From Ginkgo biloba (taxonomy: Eukaryota > Plantae > Ginkgophyta), in assembly GCA_024626585.2 (NCBI GenBank), contig JANKJI020000002.1:103247851-103272154 (forward strand): a stretch of DNA of 24,304 bases. The letters are read 5' to 3'. Position 1 is the first letter of the stretch. Every line of letters begins with the position of its first letter. A program made the position numbers and the translations under genes. Below, piece after piece: positions 21,826 to 24,304 of the stretch. Under the pieces are notes generated by a model that was given only the letters and a program-made list of their open reading frames with translations, did not search any database and was not told the DNA's origin.

Positions 21826-24304
21826 GCACTTGACATTGATAAATTTATGGATATTCCTCAATAAGGTAAGGATAATATGGATGTATGTTATGGAGATATA
21901 TGAGAGATTAATCAATATTATACTAATGAGTATTTTAATGATGATGTCATCCCTTTCAATGCAAATATAGCAAATATTGATGGTAATAAAGAAGATCAGG
22001 TTATGAGGAAGGATATACATATGATAATCATATTGATCCCATTGATATCCTTCTAGATATTTAAATTAAAGAGAATATAGATGATGATAATATATTAGTA
22101 TGGTTACATAATAATAGAGATGTATTTCTAAGTCATCTAGACAATATTGGTAACAAAAAATGAATGATATAGACAAACATGGTGAGGAAATTGAAATATT
22201 TTTTTTTGAANNNNNNNNNNNNNNNNNNNNNNNNNNNNNNNNNNNNNNNNNNNNNNNNNNNNNNNNNNNNNNNNNNNNNNNNNNNNNNNNNNNNNNNNNN
22301 NNNNNNNNNNNNNNNNNNNNNNNNNNNNNNNNNNNNNNNNNNNNNNNNNNNNNNNNNNNNNNNNNNNNNNNNNNNNNNNNNNNNNNNNNNNNNNNNNNNN
22401 NNNNNNNNNNNNNNNNNNNNNNNNNNNNNNNNNNNNNNNNNNNNNNNNNNNNNNNNNNNNNNNNNNNNNNNNNNNNNNNNNNNNNNNNNNNNNNNNNNNN
22501 NNNNNNNNNNNNNNNNNNNNNNNNNNNNNNNNNNNNNNNNNNNNNNNNNNNNNNNNNNNNNNNNNNNNNNNNNNNNNNNNNNNNNNNNNNNNNNNNNNNN
22601 NNNNNNNNNNNNNNNNNNNNNNNNNNNNNNNNNNNNNNNNNNNNNNNNNNNNNNNNNNNNNNNNNNNNNNNNNNNNNNNNNNNNNNNNNNNNNNNNNNNN
22701 NNNNNNNNNNNNNNTGGTAGATTAATATCTAGAATATTTAGCTTCATCCCCTTTTATTTCATCATTGGGTTGGCCAACTTTATTATCATTACACCTACAT
22801 TCGCTTATTGAATTCCTTTAGTAATAATTTTTTCTATAACCTATTGATACTGTTTACAATTTATGGGGTAATTAAACCCCATGGTTTCACCCACTACTTC
22901 ATAATGGATATCCTTTGTATTATATGCAATAACCATAATTTCTTGCATAATATATATGCCATATGTTTATAATTACTTATTTGTATTCCTTGTATGTGAT
23001 TCCACTTCTGCATGGTGTGTGTTCCCTATGTTTTAACTTGACTTTATTTCACTTATTTATCTTCTTGATTGCATATAAGAAATATAACTAGAATGGTTTT
23101 GACTTTCCATTTTCTCAATAGATTTGAAACCACTCAATGTAAGTTGATAATTTTGGAATAACATAGAGACTTATAAAATCTAAGTGTTATTATCTCAACA
23201 TTACTACACTTGTCATGATGATTATCTGATGTCTAGTACAAACTATCTAAAATCAAATCACATCCTTTAGGATTACCATGAATTTTGGCCTTACATGCTT
23301 ATGATTAGATAATAATGATATATTCATGGAATATCAATGGGTCCTCTATGATTTGTCTCACCAAATGAATAAGTTGAGAATACATAAGGTCCTTGAGGTT
23401 GGGTTGGAACCCATTTTATTGAAAATAATTCTTTAAGCTTTGGAAATTTGATCTGTGTATGAATTTGAGATCTAAATTAAGTAAAGAGTAGTCTTAAAAT
23501 CATAAAATAAATAAAATTTTCATGATAATCATTAGGAAACCAATGGAAATAACCTTCCAATGATTTTTTTATGGTATAAAGATCAATTAATGTTGGGTCC
23601 TCCTATATATAAGCTCCTTCCTTAATTTAAAAAAATTTGAAAAATATTTCTAGATCAACCTTATTTTTTATCAGTGCNNNNNNNNNNNNNNNNNNNNNNN
23701 NNNNNNNNNNNNNNNNNNNNNNNNNNNNNNNNNNNNNNCTACTAAACCTTATCTCTAGATAAAATCATCACAAATGGATGCTCTATGGGATAAATTCTAG
23801 TGAATATGATTGTGGTTATTTAGACTATATCTCCACCATACCTAGTTCCATCTCACTATGTATGGTAAGAATTTAGATTAATTATAAATACTATTAATGC
23901 ATTCATAAAAAAGTTAAGATGGAGTTGTATCTTAATCCTTCCACTTTATAAAGAAAGGTAAATTCCATCTTAAAGTGAACTAATTTTAGTTATTAATTCA
24001 ANNNNNNNNNNNNNNNNNNNNNNNNNNNNNNNNNNTCCAAAAACCTACTTTCATTGAAAACCATAAGGGAAATTGGCTTTCATGTATTGATTATTTGGTT
24101 AAATAAATATTCTACTTTCCTAAGTCTATTACCTTTGTACAGTTACTTGAGTCCCTAATAGACATGGTTTAATCTGAATAATTTTCCCCTCTAGAAATTT
24201 ATTTTAATTCCATAATGTCTTAGTGATGGAAAATTCCCACCTATGGATTCATACTAATGATTAATAATAAGTTTCAACCTCGTTGACTAGGGTTGGATGC
24301 CTTT

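Noticed and set aside
22133-22811. Long ORFs spanning N runs (also 9069-9452, 15870-16559, 20292-20630)
   Set aside because: Artefacts of translating through assembly gaps.

Overview
AT-rich, gap-riddled (many exact 100-N gaps) land-plant nuclear sequence with heavy C>T/G>A decay. No intact protein-coding gene is visible. The core is a cluster of three copies of one CYP85-clan cytochrome P450 (CYP720/CYP90/CYP724-like). Copy A (+, 9724-10381, exons 1-2) is cut in intron 2 by a Ty1/copia LTR element. Copy B (-, 12766-11885, exons 1-3) is inverted. Copy C (+, 15081-17348) is near full length with at least five in-frame stops. The most notable observation is in copy C: it keeps introns 1, 7 and 8 but lacks the five consecutive internal introns (two of the losses are shown directly by the neighbouring paralogs, three are inferred from family structure). 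The intronless tract is almost exactly the tract that has lost all CpGs, while both intron-bearing ends are CpG-rich. The rest is decayed transposon sequence: copia LTR/RNase H/RT, gypsy RNase H and Gag, LINE RT, CACTA transposase, probable Helitron 3' ends, an array of a 14-bp palindrome, and a weak candidate pararetrovirus movement-protein remnant. All translations and alignments were done by eye; no database searches were run.
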